Positions 11,861-26,200 of a stretch of DNA of 64,000 bases are shown piece by piece. Location of the stretch: the NCBI GenBank assembly GCA_043228905.1, contig JBHGNT010000007.1, positions 868,001 through 932,000 of the forward strand, in the 5' to 3' direction. The stretch is from Azolla caroliniana (Eukaryota > Plantae > Polypodiophyta). Below the pieces are notes generated by a model. The model searched no databases. It worked only from the letters and a program-made list of their open reading frames with translations, and had not been told where the DNA came from. The number at the start of each line of letters is the position of its first letter. The stretch's first letter is position 1. The position numbers were made by a program, and so were the translations under genes.

Positions 11861-14800
11861 CTCAATTTTGGTCGGCTACTTCGGTTGATGTCCGCTTCGG
11901 CTTGTATCCAGTTCGGACGGTATTCGGTACATCTGGCTCGTATCCGGTTCAGACGGTATCCAGTTTTCGCTTGTACTCCCCCTCAAGCTTGGCAAGTCAA
12001 GGACCGTCAATCCAAGGTCTGACAAGAATTGCCGAAGCTTGTCGACTCCTAGGGCTTTGGTGAAGATGTCGGTTGTTTGAAGATTCGTAGTGATATCTTG
12101 AAGGTCGACATCGACAACCTGAACACGCTCTCAAATGAAGTGATAGTGCACTTCGATATGCTTCGTGCGTGCATGGAACACCGGGTTCTGAGCCAGATAA
12201 ATATTGCTCATGTTGTCACAGTAAAGGAGAATCGGATCTTTGATGGGAACGCCCAAATCCTTTAATATCCTCTTAAGCCATACGACTTCACATGCAGCCA
12301 CCGCCGCACTCTTGTATTCGGCCTTGTTGAGCGGCAAGCTCAACTGGAGCCGGATCGGCTGAATAAGCCTGAGCCGGCAAACAAGACGGATGGGTAAGCT
12401 GTGAGCAACCAAGCCGGCAAGCAACAGAGCCGGTGAGCTGGGGAGCCGGTTAGCCGAATCCAATCAGTAACTGGAAGCCTAGTATTAGTGTAGACTACTA
12501 GGCAATTATAGTCTCGTAGTAAGTGTTAGATGCTCATGTGAGCATTGAAGTACACAGTACTTCTGTCAATCCCACGAGGACTTGTATAAATAATGCTACT
12601 GAGCATAGTTGTATGTACAGAGTAATTATATCGTTTTTTAATATAGCTTTTATGTTCTACTCTCTCTGTTTGTCTCTCCCGCGTACTCTGTGTATTCACT
12701 ACTTTCTCTGTTTTCTAACACTTCCACAAGTAATCGTTTACATGGTATTAGAGTGCGAGGGTTGAGAACCTCCTCTGCAGCCGACAAATGCTGAAAGCAA
12801 ACCCTAATAGGTCGTAAAACAGCAGACAGAGAAGTGATAGATAGAGGGATGGCTAGCTCGCTCCCTGTGGAGAAACTCGACAGATCCAACTATGCATCTT
12901 GGTCGTATAAGATGCACTAGTACCTGCTTGGGCATGGCTACTAGAGTTTCGTCGAAGGAGCCAATGAAACAGCACCTGATGCGGCGCATAAGGACTTCCC
13001 AGTGTGGGAACAATAGGCAAGCAGAGTGATGTACTGCTTTGCGTCCAGTGTCGGAGACCAGCTGTTGAGCCACATCCGAGACACCAAGACGCCGAAGGAG
13101 GCTTGGGGGAACCTGAAGAAGGTTTTCGCCACGAGCACTACAGCCCAGAAGTTGCAACTCCGACAGGAGTTGAGCAATGTCCGACAAAAGGACATGTCGG
13201 TGGCGGATTACACGGCCCGGATCAAAGAGATCTATGACTCGCTTGCCTCTATCAACGTTACCATAGAGGAAGACGAGATGGTACAGGTCTGTCTTGGGGG
13301 CCTGGCATCTAAGTTCAGAGCATTCCGAACGGCAGTGTGTACAAGGGAGAATACGCCGTCATTTTTCGACTTACAATCGATGCTCCTTGTAGAGGAGAAC
13401 CACGCCGGTGCGTCATCTAGCGCACCCACTGACAACAGGATGTTGTACACGGAGGTAGATCGGTCCCGTGGGCGTGGTGGACGAGGCAGGTCGGCACGCA
13501 ATGGAGGCGGCCGGCAAGAGCAAGAACGAAGGCACAGAGAACGTGCCGACAGCAATTCCAGGACTTCCATAGGAAGGGGGAGTCATGGCGACACCGGAAG
13601 ACGGCAACAGAGGTTAGCAACGGAATGTTGGTATTGTGGTAAAAAGGGCCACAGAGAAAGTGAGTGCTGGAGAAAACGAGCCGATTCGGACAAATCCGGA
13701 TCCGGCAAGGCCGGCAAGGCCGGCAAGGATGGCTGGCAAAGCTCGCACTACGCGAAGGGATTGGGAGAATCCAAGAACGGTAACGGGCCAGCCTTGGTGA
13801 TGAAGCACAAGGCGAACTCGATGAAGAAGACCACTTCCAAATCGGAGGAAGTCTGGTATGTTGACTCCGGTGCGTCGAACCACATGATGAGCCACAAAGA
13901 GTGGTTCTCCTTTTTGGAAAAACCAAATCAACCAAGAGTAGTCGAAACCGGAGACGACACTCCTCACCCAATCGTGCACGTCGGAGAAGTCCCTTTGAGC
14001 CACGTCGGACAGAAGGGGAAGTTGATGAACGTATTACACGTTCCGACAATTACGAAGAACCTGGTGTCGGTCGGACAGATAGTCAACCAGGGGATGCAGG
14101 TGCAGTTTACGCACCTCGGGTGCTTCATCGAGGAAGAGGGCCAAATTATTGTGCAAGGGCGTAGAGACGGGAGGATGTTTATCCTCGACACCAATGACGT
14201 TAGCACCGCTCTATTTGCAAAAGGACAGAAGGTCAAATCGGACATCGACCTGTGGCACAAGCGGATAGGCCACGTCAATTACCGGAGGCTTCAAGACCTG
14301 CAAACGAAACAAGTTGTTTTCGGTTTGCCGAAATTCAGCGGCCGAAAGGCCCAAGTATGTGAACCCTGCCAACTCGGGAAGCAACACCAGCTTCCATTCC
14401 TTACCGAACGTAACCGGAGCCGTAACAAGCTCGACCTAATCCATTCAGATGTGTGGGAACCGGCACAGAGTGTTAGTCTTGGCGGGAGTCGATACTTCGT
14501 CTCCTTCATCGACGACTATACGCGGCACACATGGATCTACCTCATTGAGCATAAGAGTGAAGTCTTCGAGTGTTTCCGGAGTCTCCAAAGCATGGTGGAA
14601 CGGGAATCAGAGAGGAAGATCAAATGCCTGCGGTCGGATGGCGAGAAAGAATACTTTTCCAGCCAATTCAACAGTTATCTGCAGCAAACGGGAATTCGGC
14701 GAGAGTTCAGCTACAGATACACACCGCAACAGAACGATGTTGCCAAGAGGAAGAACCGGTTGCTTATCATTGCGGCAAGGGCAATGCTGGAGTAGAAGAG

Positions 14801-17800
14801 CATGCTCAAATTCTACTGGGCAGAGGCAGTCCGAACGGCTGTCTACATCCAGAACCGGATCGGTGACAAGGTGTCAGCTCACGAGCTGTATTTCGGGCGG
14901 AAGCCAAATTTGAGACACCTTAAGATCTTCGGTAGCATTTCATTTGTGCATGTACCGGATGAGAAGCGGAGGAAGCTGGATGCAAAATCAGAAAAATGCA
15001 TCCTAGTCGGCTATGCTCAAGAGCAAAAGGGTTATAAGTATTATAACCCCCGGACAAAGCAGGTCCGAATTAGTCGAGATGTCGAGTTTGATGAATCGGC
15101 ATCGTGGTACTCCTTACTGACTCCGACTTCTGAATCTGACCCGATGCCGGTGGATGAGGCTAGTGATCCTGAACCGGCCCAGGTAGAGGATGATGAAGCG
15201 TGGACTCAGGATGAGAGTCCGGAATCATTCTGGTTGAGTGGGTCGAACGAGAGACTGAGTCAATCTGACCAGTCCGATGAGGAATCGACGAGTAGTGGAG
15301 ACTTTGCCGTGCACTCCCTGCGCAAGGAACCAAGGAGACGGTTCACGCGCAAAGAGAAGGGGAAGAAGAAGATGCAGGAATTCGAATCCGGCAATGATGA
15401 GTCAGATCGGTGTACGTTCGACTCCGGCAAGGAGAAAGGTGGATCTTCGGCAATGAAGACCGAACTGGCTAAGAAGGGCCTCAAACCGGGTAACGGTGAG
15501 TTACGCCGATCCACCCGCCAGAAGGATCCCGTCAAGCGGTACGGGTACAATGAGTACATGGTGCATCATTATGCGTACATGACTAAGGTGGCGGAAGTGC
15601 GTGAGCCGGAGAGCTACGCAGAAGCGGCCAAGGATGCAAATTGGTGTGCTGCTATGGAGGAAGAAATGTGGGCACTTGATGTCAACAAGACATGGGACCT
15701 GGTTGACCATCCTCGTCACTGTAAACCGATCGGATGCAAGTTGATATACAAAGTAAAGTACAACGCCAACGGTTCAGTTAACCGGTACAAGGCCCGGTTA
15801 GTGGCAAAGGGATATGCGTAGACCCACGGAATCGACTACGACGAGACCTTCGCTCCTGTAGCGAAGATGACGACAATTCGAGTGGTGCTGGCGGTTGTTG
15901 CGGCAAGGGGGTGGCATCTTCATCAGATGGATGTGAAGAATGCATTTCTTCAAGGTGATCTTGAAGAAGAAGTCTTCATGACTCAGCCTCCCGGTTTTCA
16001 ATCGGAGATGAACAAATCGGCGGTATGTCGGCTGAAGAAGTCGTTGTACGGCCTGAAGCAAGCCCCTCGAACTTGGAATGCGAAGATCATGCACCGGTTG
16101 CATAAGATGGGGTTTGTGGCCTCCAAATCTGACTCTTCATTGTTCATCCGGCAAGGCCCAACCGGTCCGGTATGTATACTGTTGTATGTTGATGATCTAG
16201 TCATCACCGAACCGGGTGTTCCAGAAATCAACCGCGTCAAGTCCCAGTTATCGGACACATTTGAGATGAAGGATCTGGGGGACCTTCATTATTTTCTAGG
16301 GATCGAGGTGATCCGAACCCCGGACGGCATATTGCTCTCACAACGACATTACGTCTTGAATATGTTGTACAAGTTCGGCATGACAGAATGCCGACTTGTA
16401 TCCACACCCTTGGACTGAAACCAGAAGCTTCGTCCCAACTCCGGACCGGCCTGCAACGAGCAACGGTTCCGACAAATTGTCGGAAGCCTTATTTACTTGA
16501 CTATCACGTGACCCGACATCAGCTATCCGGTCGAAGCTGTTGGTATGATAAGTCAATTCATGCAGAAGCCGACCGTGGAGCACCTTCAGTGCGCACAACG
16601 GATATTGTGGTATGTCAGCGGCACCAAGGACCGGGGACTGTTTTACCGGCGAGGTATAACCGAAGAGCTCGTCGGTTACACGAATGCCGACTGGGCCGGC
16701 GATGCATCAGATCGCCGATCAACCTCTGGTTACATGTTTTCTCCAGGTAGCACGGTTGTTGCATGGAGCAGCAAAAAGCAGCCAACAATTGCTCTATCGA
16801 GCATTGAGGTTGAGTATCGGGGCGCTACCATTGCCACCTGTGAAGCCATTTGGCTTCAGCGACTGCTGCAAGACTTACGGATCAAGGTACCAACCCTGAT
16901 TCTGGTCTACTGCGACAACATAAGCAGCATGCAACTCGCCAAGAACCTCATATTCCATGCTCACACAAAACACATAGAAGTGCATTATCACTTCGTGCGT
17001 GAGCGTGTCCTGAGCGGTGAGGTTGACCTTCGGTATGTTCACACGGATCGGCAAGTTGCAGATATCTTCACCAAACCACTCGGCTCGGACAAGTTGCAAC
17101 ACTTCACTGAAATGCTTGGTGTTCAACATCTCGACGTGCCACACTTGAGGGGGAGAACGGGCAAAGACACCGAAACGGGCAAAGGCAAAGAGACTGCCGA
17201 TTGCGCTAGTGAGGGAAGAACAGAAGGCGGCAGAGTCAAGAAGGACAGAGCCGACCGAAGGAAGAAGGCCAAGACCCGGACATGGTCCAATGTGGTGAAG
17301 GGCTTGGAACCAAAAGACGAATCAGGAGCAATCGATTCGGACAAGAGCTAGAACGAATCGGAGACAGTCGATTCGGTTCAACAGACAGATTCAGAAGAAC
17401 CGGATCAATTCAAGGCCATGCAGACACGGATGCAACGGAAGTCGATGCCATCGCGGAGGAACCGACGGAACGGCAAGCACCAGAGTCATAGCAGCAAAGG
17501 AGCTGAGAGGAGCCTATTGAGCAGACATACCGATCGAGCAGATCGAGGCACGCAGAACAAGAGGGGTCGCGGCAAACAGAACCGGACCGGACGAGGAGCG
17601 CGAGCAAGGTAGAGCGACGCCAAGAGAAGTCGGTTGGAAGAACCGACTGCCACAAAGACTGACACTAGGATCCAACCTCAAGTTGAGCTTGAGGGGGAGT
17701 GTTGAGCGGCAAGCTCAACTAGAGCCGGATCGGCTGAATAAGCCTGAGCCGGCAAACGAGACGGATGGGTAAGCTGTGAGAAACCGAGCCGGCAAGCAAC

Positions 17801-20800
17801 AAAGCCGGTGAGCTAGGGAGCCGGTTAGTCGGATCCAATCAGTAACCGGAAGCATGGTATTAGTGTAGACTACTAGGCAATTATAGTCTCGTAGTAAGTG
17901 TCAAATGCTCGTGTGAGCATTGAAGTACGCAGTACTTCTGTCAGTCCCACGAGGACTTGTATAAATAATGCTATTGAGCATAGTTGTATGTACAGAGTAA
18001 TTATATCATTTTTTAATATAGCTTTTAAATTCTGCTCTCTTTGTTTGTCTCTCCCACGTACTCTGTGTATTCACTACTTTCTCTGTTTTCTAACGCTTCC
18101 GCAAGTAATCATTTACAGGCCTCTATGCTTGAAAGAGCAACGGTTGGTTGCTTCTTGCTACTCCAGGAGATGGCTCCACTTCTGAGGGAGAAGACGAAAC
18201 CAGAGGTTGATCGTCGGTCGGCTTTGTAGCCTGCCCTGTCAGCATTTGTGTACCCCTCGAGTTGAATTGGCGTGGCCGACTTATAGAGAATGTCATAGTC
18301 CATTGTTCCGCTCACGTATCGTAGCACTCTCTTAGCACAATCCAAATGGATATCCCGTGGCGTTTGCATGAACTGGCTAAGAAGGCCGACCGGATAGCTC
18401 AGGTCAGGTCGAGTGATCATGAGGTAGATAAGACTACCGATCAGTTGTCGATATTGAGTCGGCTCACACTCTGTGGTGCCAGAATTGGCATCTAGTTTGA
18501 GGCTTCGGTCGAGAGGTGTTGCCATAGACTTGCACTCAGTCATCCCGAACTTGTATAACAAGTTGAGAATGTAGTGTCGTTGGGAGATCATAATCCCGGT
18601 TGGAGTCCGAATTACCTCGATGCCAAGGAAGTAGTGGAGCTCTTTCATGTCCATCATCTTGAATTTGTTGGAAAGGAGGAATTTGACCTTGTTGATGTCG
18701 ACTAGGTGCTCACCTCCAATGACCAGATCATCCACGTATAGGATGATGACGATCGGGCTTTCGGAATCGCTTCTTACATACAGAGAATTGTCGGATTTTG
18801 ACATTCGGAAACTGATTCGATGAAGATATTGTGTTATCTTCAAGTGCCAAGCACGTGGTGTTTGCTTAAGGCCGTAGAGGGGCTTCTTGAGTCGGCATAT
18901 GGCTTTCGGATGAATGTTGGATTCAAAGCAGGGTGGTTGTATCATGTACACCTCCTCTTCTAATTCGCCTTGAAGAAAAGCGTTCTTGACATCCATCTGG
19001 TGGAGGTGCCACCCTTTCGCTTATGCAAGCGCTATCACGGTTCGCACGGTTGTCATCTTTGCCACCGGGGCAAAGGTCTCTTCATAGTTAATGCCCTGTG
19101 TTTGTGTGTAGCCCTTTGCTACGAGTCGAGCTTTGTAACGGTTGACGGAACCGTCGGCATTATACTTCACTTTGTATATCCATCTGCAACTAATTGCCTT
19201 CTTATGTTGTGAATGAGGGACGAGATCCCATGTCTCATTCTTGCTAAGAGCTTGCATCTCCTCGTTCATCGCTTCGACCCATTGCAGATCTTTAGCGCCT
19301 TCGGCAAAGCTCTCTGGTTCTCGAACTGTTGCCACCTTCATCATAAAGGCATAGTGGTATGCCATATAGTCGTTGTAGCCGAATCGGCTAACCAGATTCT
19401 TCTCTCAGGTGGAGTGACAGAGTTTCTCATTTGCCGATGTGAGTGCTTTCTCAACTCCGGGTGACCTCGTAAGAGACACATCAAAGCCATCGAACTCACT
19501 ATTGAGTGGATGAGCTGATTCTTCGCCATCGAAGTGATCGTCTTCATATTCCAACATTTTGGCCTTCCCTTTGTCCATCTTTGGACTTGGCCGAGATGTG
19601 CTTTGGTTGCTCAGAGGCTCTTGTGGTCCACTCAATCTGGTTGAGATCGGACTCTCTTCGAGTATTGACCTTAGTTGATCATCGTCTTCTGTGTTGTCGA
19701 GGTCGTTCGTAGATGGTTCGGGAGGAGTCGGCTCGGGTTTGTACCATGATGTTGATTCATCAAAGACGACATCCCGACTGACACGAGTCTTCCGAGTAGA
19801 GGGGTTGAAGCACTTGTACCCCTTTTGCTCCAGTCAGTACCCCACGAGGATGCACTTCTCTAAGTTTGGGTGAAGCTTCTGCCGCTTCTCACCAGGAATG
19901 TGCACGTATGCAATGGAGCTGAATATCCTTACATGAGATAGGTCTGGCTTCTTCCCGTAGTATTTCTCGTGCGGGGTGACCTCGTGCACTCCGGATGTTG
20001 TGCACTAGTTCATGAGGTAGACGGCGGTATTTGCAGCTTCTGCCCAATATGACTTGGGCATATGCTTCTCATTTAGCATGACCCTTTCTACTTCGAGGAT
20101 GTGCCGATTCTTGCGTTCGGCTACACCATTCGGTTGCGGTGTGTGTCGACAAGTGAATTCTCGCCGAATTCCTTCTTGTTGAAGGTATGCCCTGAACACA
20201 TCAGAGAAGTATTCCTTTCCTCCGTCTGACCGAAGACATCGTACATAACACCCAGTTGTCTTTTTGACTTCGCTTTTGAATTTTTGGAAGTGAGTAAACA
20301 CTTCGCACTTCATCCTCATGGGAAATATCCATGTGTATCTAGAGAAGTCATCGACGAAGGTAACATAGTACCGACATCCTCCGAACGTAGCCATTTGTGC
20401 CAGTCCCCACACATCTTAGTGGACTACGTCTAATAGGCCTTTCCTCACATTCCTCTCCTCCGGGAATGGGTGCCGATGTTGCTTGCCGAATTGGCATGCT
20501 TCACATACTCCTTCAATCTCTTTCTCTTTGAAGGTCGGGAGCCCGATGACGACTCCTTTCGATTGCATCGCCTTGAGTTTGTTGAGATTGATATGGCCAA
20601 TTCTTTTATGCCATAGCTCTATGTCGGTGTTGATTTTGAGGCCCTTTGCAAACATGGCCGATTTTACCTAGTTCGATTCGAGGATAAACATTTGGCCTTC
20701 CCTTCGACCACGAGCAATGAGTCGGCCTTCCTTCTTGATGAAGCAACCTCCTTGGTTGAATCGAACTTGCATCCCTTGCTCCACAATTTGGCCGACTGAG

Positions 20801-22538
20801 ACCAAATTCTTCGTTATGGTGGGTACATGTAAGACATTTTTTATGCAAGTTTGTTCACCTTCTTTCCCGAATGGGACATTGCCGACATGTTGAATCGGAT
20901 GAGTGGTGTCGTCTCCGGTCTCGACATAACTGGGTCGATCCAGCTCTCGAAGGTCTTTGAACCATTCTTGATGGGATGTCATATGGTTCGAGGCACCGGA
21001 GTCGACGAACCATACATCTTCCGGATTGGAGGCATTAGTCGAAGTAGAGGCCGACATAGAATTTGTTCTATGTCTCATTTCAAACATTCCGCCATGATCT
21101 TCATATTCGGAGTTGGTGGCGTAATTGGTGAGAGGAAGCCGACTCACACTTCTTTCGGCACTCTTCTTCATGGTGGCCGATTTTTCCACAATAAACACAT
21201 TTGATCGAGGTTTGTTGGCTCTGACCGGAATGGAAGCTCCCCCTTCTTCCGAAGGTTCCTCGATGGCTTCCGTCTTGATGCCGAAATTGCGAGTTGTTTT
21301 CGTAAGTCGAACCTCGTCCGCCTCATCCTTGGCCGAATCAGCCTCTTCCTGCACGGCCACGTCCTCTTCCTCCGTCCGAATGCGTGTAGAGCATGTGGCC
21401 TTCCGAGGTGTTGCTCCTTGTTCGAACATGATTTTCTTCAACCAACAACATGAATTGAAGATCGAAGAAGGAGGGCGGATTCTCTCGTGCTAGTATGGCG
21501 GTCCGCATCGCGCTGGACCGTTTGGCGCAAGGCCGCCGAGGTATATTTGCACCATTTCGTCATCCTCCACATTGACGCTTATCGAGCAGAGTGCATCACA
21601 AAGCTCCTTGATCTTCAAGGTGTAGCTTGTGATAGACATATCCCGTTGTTGGATATTGTTCAACTCTTGGCGGAGTTGAAGCTTTCGATGCCGTTCTATT
21701 AGCGGCGAATATCTTCCTTTGGCGTCGTGGCTTCTCGAATGTAGCCGAGCATGTGATCATGAACACATGTCGCTAAGCAATACATTACTCGACTCGCTGC
21801 TTGCTCCCATGTTGAGTAGTCGTTGTCTTCCGGGTCGGGTCGGTTTTCTTGTGCTCCTTTGATGTAGCTCCAATAGCCTTGACCAACAAGGTATTAATGC
21901 ATCTTGTACTCCCAAGATGCGAAGTTGTTTCGGTCCAACTTCTCGCTAGGGAGAGCACTCCCCATTTGAGTATTCATGGTGTTCGATGTAGATTTCTTCC
22001 TTCTTCTTCTCTCTTGAATACGAGCTATGTAGTCGCACTACGATAACGATGAGCCGGTTTTCTTGAACGTCGTCGTAGAGCTCAACACACGCGGATGGGC
22101 GAGATCAAGCTACCAAATCGCTCTGATACCATGTAAAGAATCGATGGTGATTCTTGTGCAACGGAATAGATTCAAGATATGTGTTGTGAGTGTGTGTGTG
22201 TGTGTATGAGAGAGAGAGTGAGTGAGAGTGAGAGAGAAACACAAGATAGGTTAGAGAGACAATAGAATACTCAGAAGATGTATATTACAAAGGAGATTAA
22301 TCGACCTAATTACAAAGTAGGAGGAGAGTTCTTTATATAGACACTCTCTCTCTCTCTTCATTAACTACCGAACCTCATGGATCATGGGGAATGAGAAAAC
22401 TCATTAGTTATGTGTCGTAGAATATGATTCTATGACACATAGTTAATGTGTAGATTAGAGTGGTGACTTTTGACCTTTGATTGCACACTCTCAAGGGTGT
22501 GTTCACACGCTAGACTAGGTTGAGCTTCATTCTCAACA
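11861..22538 (-). mobile_element. Ty1/copia element A (degenerate, 3' LTR lost), interrupted by element B
   Basis: 5' LTR 22132-22538 (TG..CA). tRNA-iMet PBS TGGTATCAGAGC at 22120-22131. Order gag, protease (WFVDSGASNHM), integrase (CLRSDGGKEY), RT (ILYVDD), RNaseH (ARTKHIEVHYHF), split at 12325-18122. Confidence 0.92.
12325..18117 (+). mobile_element. Full-length Ty1/copia element B nested in the RNaseH of element A
   Basis: 418-bp LTRs at 12325-12742 and 17700-18117 (~26 mismatches by eye, ~6%). TSD GGCCT. PBS TGGTATTAGAG at 12743. PPT agcttgagggggag. gag-pol ~12849-17351 with several in-frame stops. Confidence 0.95.
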
Positions 22539-23221
22539 ACTACCATCTAAGGGTGAACAAAAATGGAACGCCATAACTCTAATCATGGGTGATGGAAAAA
22601 CTTAAATCATACTTAACACTTTTAAGTTACACTTCTAATAAAGATCTTCATATGGAGAATTTTGATTAGGAGTTTACAATTGGAATTAGACCTATAGAGT
22701 GTAGATTTGCAACAAGCAATTGTTTCCTTTGAATTGTTCAAGTGAAAGATTTGATTCCTCATTAGATTTGGGGTTATGTTTCTCAAGTTTGGCAAGTTTT
22801 ATCAAGTTATTGTTTGACTCCAAGGTATTAGGTATTTCCACAACTTCATAGTTTCACCCAAGATTAGATACGGAGGTCGTTTTCCTCTTTCCCAAGGTAT
22901 GTGTCAATGCTTATTTATGGCAAGCATGGAGTTAGCTCAACACTCTTGCCTCTTAGTGATTCCTTTCACATACCCCACTCATGTAACACCAATTCAATTA
23001 AATGTAATACAATCGTGTGTTTCCACGAGATAGATCTATAGAGGGAGATTTTATTATCCTCTTCGGAGATCAAGTATGATCTATGTGACCAAAAATATTA
23101 CATTTTCATGTATTATGTACATACATGTGTGAAAGCGAGTAGAGACTCTTGATGATCAAAAGAGAAGGAGAGGTGTACAACACCAAAAATCGACACAAAA
23201 CGGCATTGCTTAATATGTATC

Positions 23222-26200
23222 TCATCTCTCTTCTCTTCGAGCAAACTTGAGATCACGAAAGACCGATTCTTCAACGATAACAGGCTCCTTGCGTTTTCGG
23301 TTGTTTGAATTATGGCCAAGTAGTTTAAGCAATGCATAGCCAGCTACTTTCCAAGCAAACTGCAACCCAGTGACATGTAGTTTCTGACCATTTCCATTTT
23401 CTCTCCATGACTCTATCCTCTTCTGAGCATGACTGTAAACTATTATATATATGGCTGATGCTTGCTTGTATATCTCTTCCAATGGTTCAGGACTGTCGAT
23501 CAATGTCTCTGCCTTGTAAAGCTCCTAACATAGATAATGCGGAAGCAAGCAAATGAATAAAATTACAAGAAATAAAACACATTTTTCCTCCAGGCAATGA
23601 CATTGAAATTACAAAGAAAAAACACACTTTTCTTCCGGGCAATGAATGACATTCATTTATTTACCATGCGATACATCTGCAATACGGCTTCAGTCTCATT
23701 GTTTCGGATATCCCCATCATTTTCATTTAGACAAGATGCAACTCTTGCTTTATACTCTTTGAATCGATCATCCCATACTTTATGATACTTTTCGAAGCCT
23801 GGATACTGGAATCGTTTTTCAATCAACGTATCAGACAACACCATTTCTTCTGGAAACATTCAAGAAAAACAATGGGCATCATCAAAGGGGCAAGTCTAAT
23901 GACACAAAAAGAAGAATGCGTCATGAAAGAGATCAAAGCAAATGTCATGAAAACAAATTAAGCATCATAATGAATGGGGTTGAGCCAAATAATTTGAAAA
24001 CCATGTGCTGAAGAAACGTCAAGTAGTAAACCTAAATGTGTGGTCATGTCCAATGAATCTGACTGCCCCTTAACAAGGTCATATATCTTCCCCAGTATGG
24101 TTGTCGAATGATATATACCATCATTTTCGATCCATTTACATGCACCTCCTTGCTTCTTTTCAATGTAATGGGGCCAATCCCTCGCTTTATCCTTTTCCTT
24201 CACAGAGACCTAAACCATGAAGAAGTGAAACACAAATTTAATCACAATGATCTTAAATTTACCTAACCATATATGTAAGCTTGACAAAGGAATATGATAT
24301 GCAAATCATGCAACATTTAATATGGCATACTATATGTAAGCTTGACAAAGGAATATGATATGCAAATCATGCAACATTTAATTTGGCATACTAGGGGATT
24401 AACTGGAGGGTAGATTGGCAAACCTGTTTTCCTGATTTCTCAGCATCCACTGCTTGATAATATGTGTCTACAAGGCTCTGAATATTCGACCACATTTTTG
24501 TTCGTAATGGATCGTTAACATCGAGAGTCAGATACTTATCCATAATTGCCAGCCAACTATTTGCCGCCAATCCCATTGTTGTGCTGAATTTGTCATGATA
24601 AGAAAGCCAAGATAAATTGTTTTCTAAATACACAATCCTGAAAATTCCTTGTATTTGGGTTCACATGATGCCTTACCATGGCTTAAACCTAGCTTTCAGG
24701 AACATCTCGAAGTGCTGTTTGTCAACCTCATCATTTTTGTACAACTTTTCATTACTAGTATTTTTCTGTGTTCCGGGATTCTTCCAGACCTCTGAGGACA
24801 TGAACGCCTTCACAAGCTGAAATGTAATACAGATATCTACATACCTCAAACTAATACTGCAAATCGTACGACCATACAAGGTAATCCATCCGTAATGAAA
24901 AATAAAAAACACAACTCTAAATGAATTCCATACCTGTGGATTTGTACAGCACCAATACTGATCTCCATCAAGATCACTATTTGCAATCTCATCCACAACT
25001 GACCGCGCACCCTTGACTGAGAAGAAGATGGCATGCTTTTCATTGCCAATAATCTCACCAAACTCCTTATGCCATATGGCCTCGAAAACCTTCACATCAC
25101 CAACATGTAATCCCGGTGATTTATATACAAGTACTTTGGGACAATACACTGGGCCATGTTCCCTGTTAAAATTCCAACAGTATGACTATCCATGTCATAA
25201 TTTAGAGTTTTAACAATCCATGAAGCTGAAGAAGAAACAACTCACAAGACTATCACCACTTGATTCCTTTCAAGCATCCCTGTCGGATCAGCACAACCCA
25301 TTAAATTATACGAGTCCGGAATAGTTACCCGTCCTGTACTCAGGTCTTGTAGCTGACTTTTTGACACTTCAAATAAAGTCTTCTTAAGATAGGGTTCCTC
25401 CAAAGGAATGCCCGCCATGAGCATTCGTAATGCAATGTCGTAATGATCACCTTGGTCACTGTTTTTCAACGCTGTAATATGATATTGAATTCCTTACCAC
25501 ATAACACAACCGTCTTCCACTATGTAGAATCAAAAGTTATATATCTGGAAAAGAAATTAGAAACATACCCCTAATAGCACTCTGTCTAGATCTAAACCTC
25601 ACACGTATATCATTTAATTCATCATCCACGAATTTCATCAAGACATCTTCAGGTACACCTCCATAGCTTAAAAGTAGAGCAAGATATGGAGAGAGTTTCC
25701 CTTTGCCAGATTTTCGACTGTGACCAAACAAAGGATGCAAAAGATAGAAGTTACAATTTGAAGAAAACATTCAAGACACTTAATAAATCCAAATCAGTAG
25801 AACAGTAACTGAAGTTCAGGTAAAAAAATTAACCCACAGATATCAAGTGAGAAAAAAGGTAATGAAATAAAATTAAGATGCAATGGTTTTTAAAAATCAC
25901 CTTGTACTGCAAACTTCCAATGAGTTGTAGCAAGGGCCAGCCAAACTTTTATCAGTTTTAACCTTCACCATTGATTGACGAATCTGTATGGTCAACGGTG
26001 GTAACTGCAAGACAGATAATGTATCTGGTACACATGGTGGATATGGAAGAAAGCACACTGAAAGACTCACTGAACTTTGTCGCATTGAAAGTCAACATAT
26101 TATTCAGATGCACAAATAAGGTTATAAAATTAGATTGAGAAGAAAGATAGCTTCAAAGGGTTAAGGTTATTATATAGCTAGAAAGAGCATAGAAATCTAT

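Noticed and set aside
13232-14278. Long antisense ORFs within copia elements
   Set aside because: Shadow ORFs of GC-rich gag-pol with no motifs.
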